A stretch of DNA of 56,846 nucleotides from a virus. A program made the position numbers and the translations under genes. The stretch covers positions 1-56,846 of the IMG/VR virus record IMGVR_UViG_3300045988_088058. The stretch is one strand, 5' to 3'. The notes under the pieces are model-generated. The model had not been told where the DNA came from, ran no database searches, and saw only the letters and a list, made by a program, of their open reading frames with translations. Below are positions 55,401 to 56,846 of the stretch, piece by piece; position 1 is the stretch's first letter; every line of letters begins with the position of its first letter.

Positions 55401-56087
55401 TCAGTTCTCCTTGTAATGAATAGGATCAGTCATTCCGTTGTCAGCGAATGCTTTCTTACGGTCAATACATGTCGCGCAAGTTCCGCAACTTTCAGCGTCA
55501 CTTTCATAACATGAACGAGTTAGGAAGTAAGGAACATCTAAATCAAGTCCCCATTTAATAACCTGTGACTTCGTCAGCGTCAATAAGTGAGCGACAAGAG
55601 AAACCTTTCCTCCAGTTCCGTACTCAATTGCGTGTGACATTGAATTGTAGAATTCAGGAGTGCAATCAGGGTAAGCGCCTCCGGCGGCATCATCTGCATG
55701 CGCGCCATATACGACATGAGAAGCTCCAACTGAGTAAGCATAGGCAGCAGCCTGTGAAAGCATTAAACCATTTCTAAATGGGACATAAGTGTCAACAACT
55801 TCTTGCTCTTTTAGAATTTCAGCATAAGATTTTCCATGAGACATTTCCCTCTTGCCTTTCAAGAGAGCTGAACTGGAACTTGAATATAGCTTCTTGTCAA
55901 TTTCGAGAACTGTGAATTTAACTCCATAGAACATTGCAACATTAGCAGCATTTTCAAGTTCAGCTTCATGCTTTTGTCCATAATTAAATGCTACTGCGTG
56001 AACATTTTTAGCGCCCCACTTATCAACTTCGATGGCTAAACAAGTAGCAGAATCGACTCCGCCAGATAATAAAACTACTGATTTCAT
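55401..56087 (-). CDS. queC: 7-cyano-7-deazaguanine synthase
   Basis: VVLLSGGVDSATCLAI; CYESDAESCGTCATCIDRKKAF. Confidence 0.97.
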   Translation of the reverse strand: MKSVVLLSGGVDSATCLAIEVDKWGAKNVHAVAFNYGQKHEAELENAANVAMFYGVKFTVLEIDKKLYSSSSSALLKGKREMSHGKSYAEILKEQEVVDTYVPFRNGLMLSQAAAYAYSVGASHVVYGAHADDAAGGAYPDCTPEFYNSMSHAIEYGTGGKVSLVAHLLTLTKSQVIKWGLDLDVPYFLTRSCYESDAESCGTCATCIDRKKAFADNGMTDPIHYKEN

Positions 56088-56096
56088 CTTAGCCTC

Positions 56097-56618
56097 CTAT
56101 CGAATAGCTCGTCCAAGAGTGTGAACACTTCCAAGATAGTTCAATTTGCGTTGAAGGGAAAGCTGTTCAAGTTCAGGAGTTGAAAATTCTGGATTAACTT
56201 TGTTGACGAATGGGTAAATTGAAATTCCTCCACGAGGAGTAAATAGACCCATGACTTCGATGTACTTAGGATTCATCAATTCATACAAGTCATTCAAAAT
56301 AATGTTCATGCAATCTTCATGGAAGTCGCCGTGGTTACGGAAACTAAATAGGTATAGTTTCAACGATTTAGACTCAACCATCCTGTCATTTGGAATGTAG
56401 CTGATGAAAACATTTGCAAAATCAGGCTGTCCTGTTTTAGGACAAAGTGAAGTGAATTCGTATCCGTCAAATGTTACTAGGTAATTATTTTCAGGATGCT
56501 TATTAGGGAAGGTTTCAAGAACTTCAGGATTATAATCATAATCGTATTTGGTATCTTGGTTGCCTAAAAGAGTAACGCCTGTCAATTCAGCGTCTGTTCG
56601 AGTAGTGTTTTGACTCAT
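56097..56618 (-). CDS. queF: NADPH-dependent 7-cyano-7-deazaguanine (preQ0) reductase
   Basis: [49 protein letters not shown]. Confidence 0.97.
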   Translation of the reverse strand: MSQNTTRTDAELTGVTLLGNQDTKYDYDYNPEVLETFPNKHPENNYLVTFDGYEFTSLCPKTGQPDFANVFISYIPNDRMVESKSLKLYLFSFRNHGDFHEDCMNIILNDLYELMNPKYIEVMGLFTPRGGISIYPFVNKVNPEFSTPELEQLSLQRKLNYLGSVHTLGRAIR

Positions 56619-56682
56619 GTTCGAGCCTCCTTTATTTTTATTTTTAGCAGGATGTCAGGTTCTACAAAACTGCCTCATATAT

Positions 56683-56712
56683 ATTATACACGAATATGAT
56701 TCATTTTGTTAA
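56683..56712 (-). promoter_or_regulatory. Class B promoter (TTAACA-N16-TGTATAAT) of the que operon
   Basis: Reverse strand motif about 65-95 nt upstream of queF. Confidence 0.6.
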
Positions 56713-56752
56713 GCAATAAAAATAATCAACTAACTTTCTGCTTTATAGTTAC

Positions 56753-56781
56753 ATTATACGATAATGAAATAATAAAGTCAA
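56753..56781 (-). promoter_or_regulatory. Class A promoter (TTGACT-N17-TATAAT) of the que operon
   Basis: Reverse strand GCTTGACTTTATTATTTCATTATCGTATAAT. Confidence 0.88.
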
Positions 56782-56791
56782 GCATTTTTAC

Positions 56792-56846
56792 AAAAAAAAA
56801 TAATCAGGAATTTTCCTGACTACTTTTTCAAAAGTCTCGAAGCAAT
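56792..56846. repeat. Exact 55-nt copy of bases 1-55 (contig end overlap)
   Basis: aaaaaaaaataatcaggaattttcctgactactttttcaaaagtctcgaagcaat at both ends. Confidence 0.98.

Noticed and set aside
56619-56690. Confident preQ1 riboswitch call
   Set aside because: Overall shape is suggestive but loop length and conserved positions do not match the class I consensus I know, and class II/III are not evident; kept only as a low-interest finding.
1-56846. Prophage/lysogeny module, integrase, attP or transposon
   Set aside because: No integrase, repressor, transposase or IS-like inverted repeats seen on either strand.

Overview
The window looks like the complete genome of a virulent siphophage related to pneumococcal phage Dp-1. 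The lysin is a Pal-like amidase with choline-binding repeats that is recognisably related to, but diverged from, Dp-1 Pal as I remember it. The sequence is one circularised contig: bases 1-55 are repeated exactly at 56792-56846. Two arms are transcribed leftward: replication, lysis, tail and head genes at 35.3-0 kb, and modification, recombination and clamp-loader genes at 56.6-40.6 kb. A short rightward block of early genes lies at 36.1-40.5 kb. There is no integrase or repressor that I can recognise. The notable cargo is a 7-deazaguanine DNA-modification locus with the full GTP-to-preQ1 route (FolE, QueD, QueE, QueC, QueF), a QueT transporter, a DpdA-like DNA transglycosylase, and a second, YhhQ/VUT-like transporter gene that is adjacent once the contig is circularised. 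This sits alongside a bacterial-style replisome: PolA, SSB, primase, helicase, loader, beta-like clamp, DnaX, delta and delta-prime. The least expected observations are: (1) QxxLF clamp-binding-like motifs at the extreme C-terminus of DpdA (QRRLF) and the N-termini of PolA and a LigA-related protein (QKGLFGAKP, QKSLFGSKP), suggesting clamp-tethered, replication-coupled DNA modification; (2) two sequence-distinct, rigidly spaced promoter families plus a phage sigma-like protein; (3) a 250-bp array of 19 TCGA motifs, including a 24-bp exact repeat, beside the small terminase gene; (4) a small ADP-ribosyltransferase-like early protein. All homology calls are from reading sequence motifs; no database search was run.
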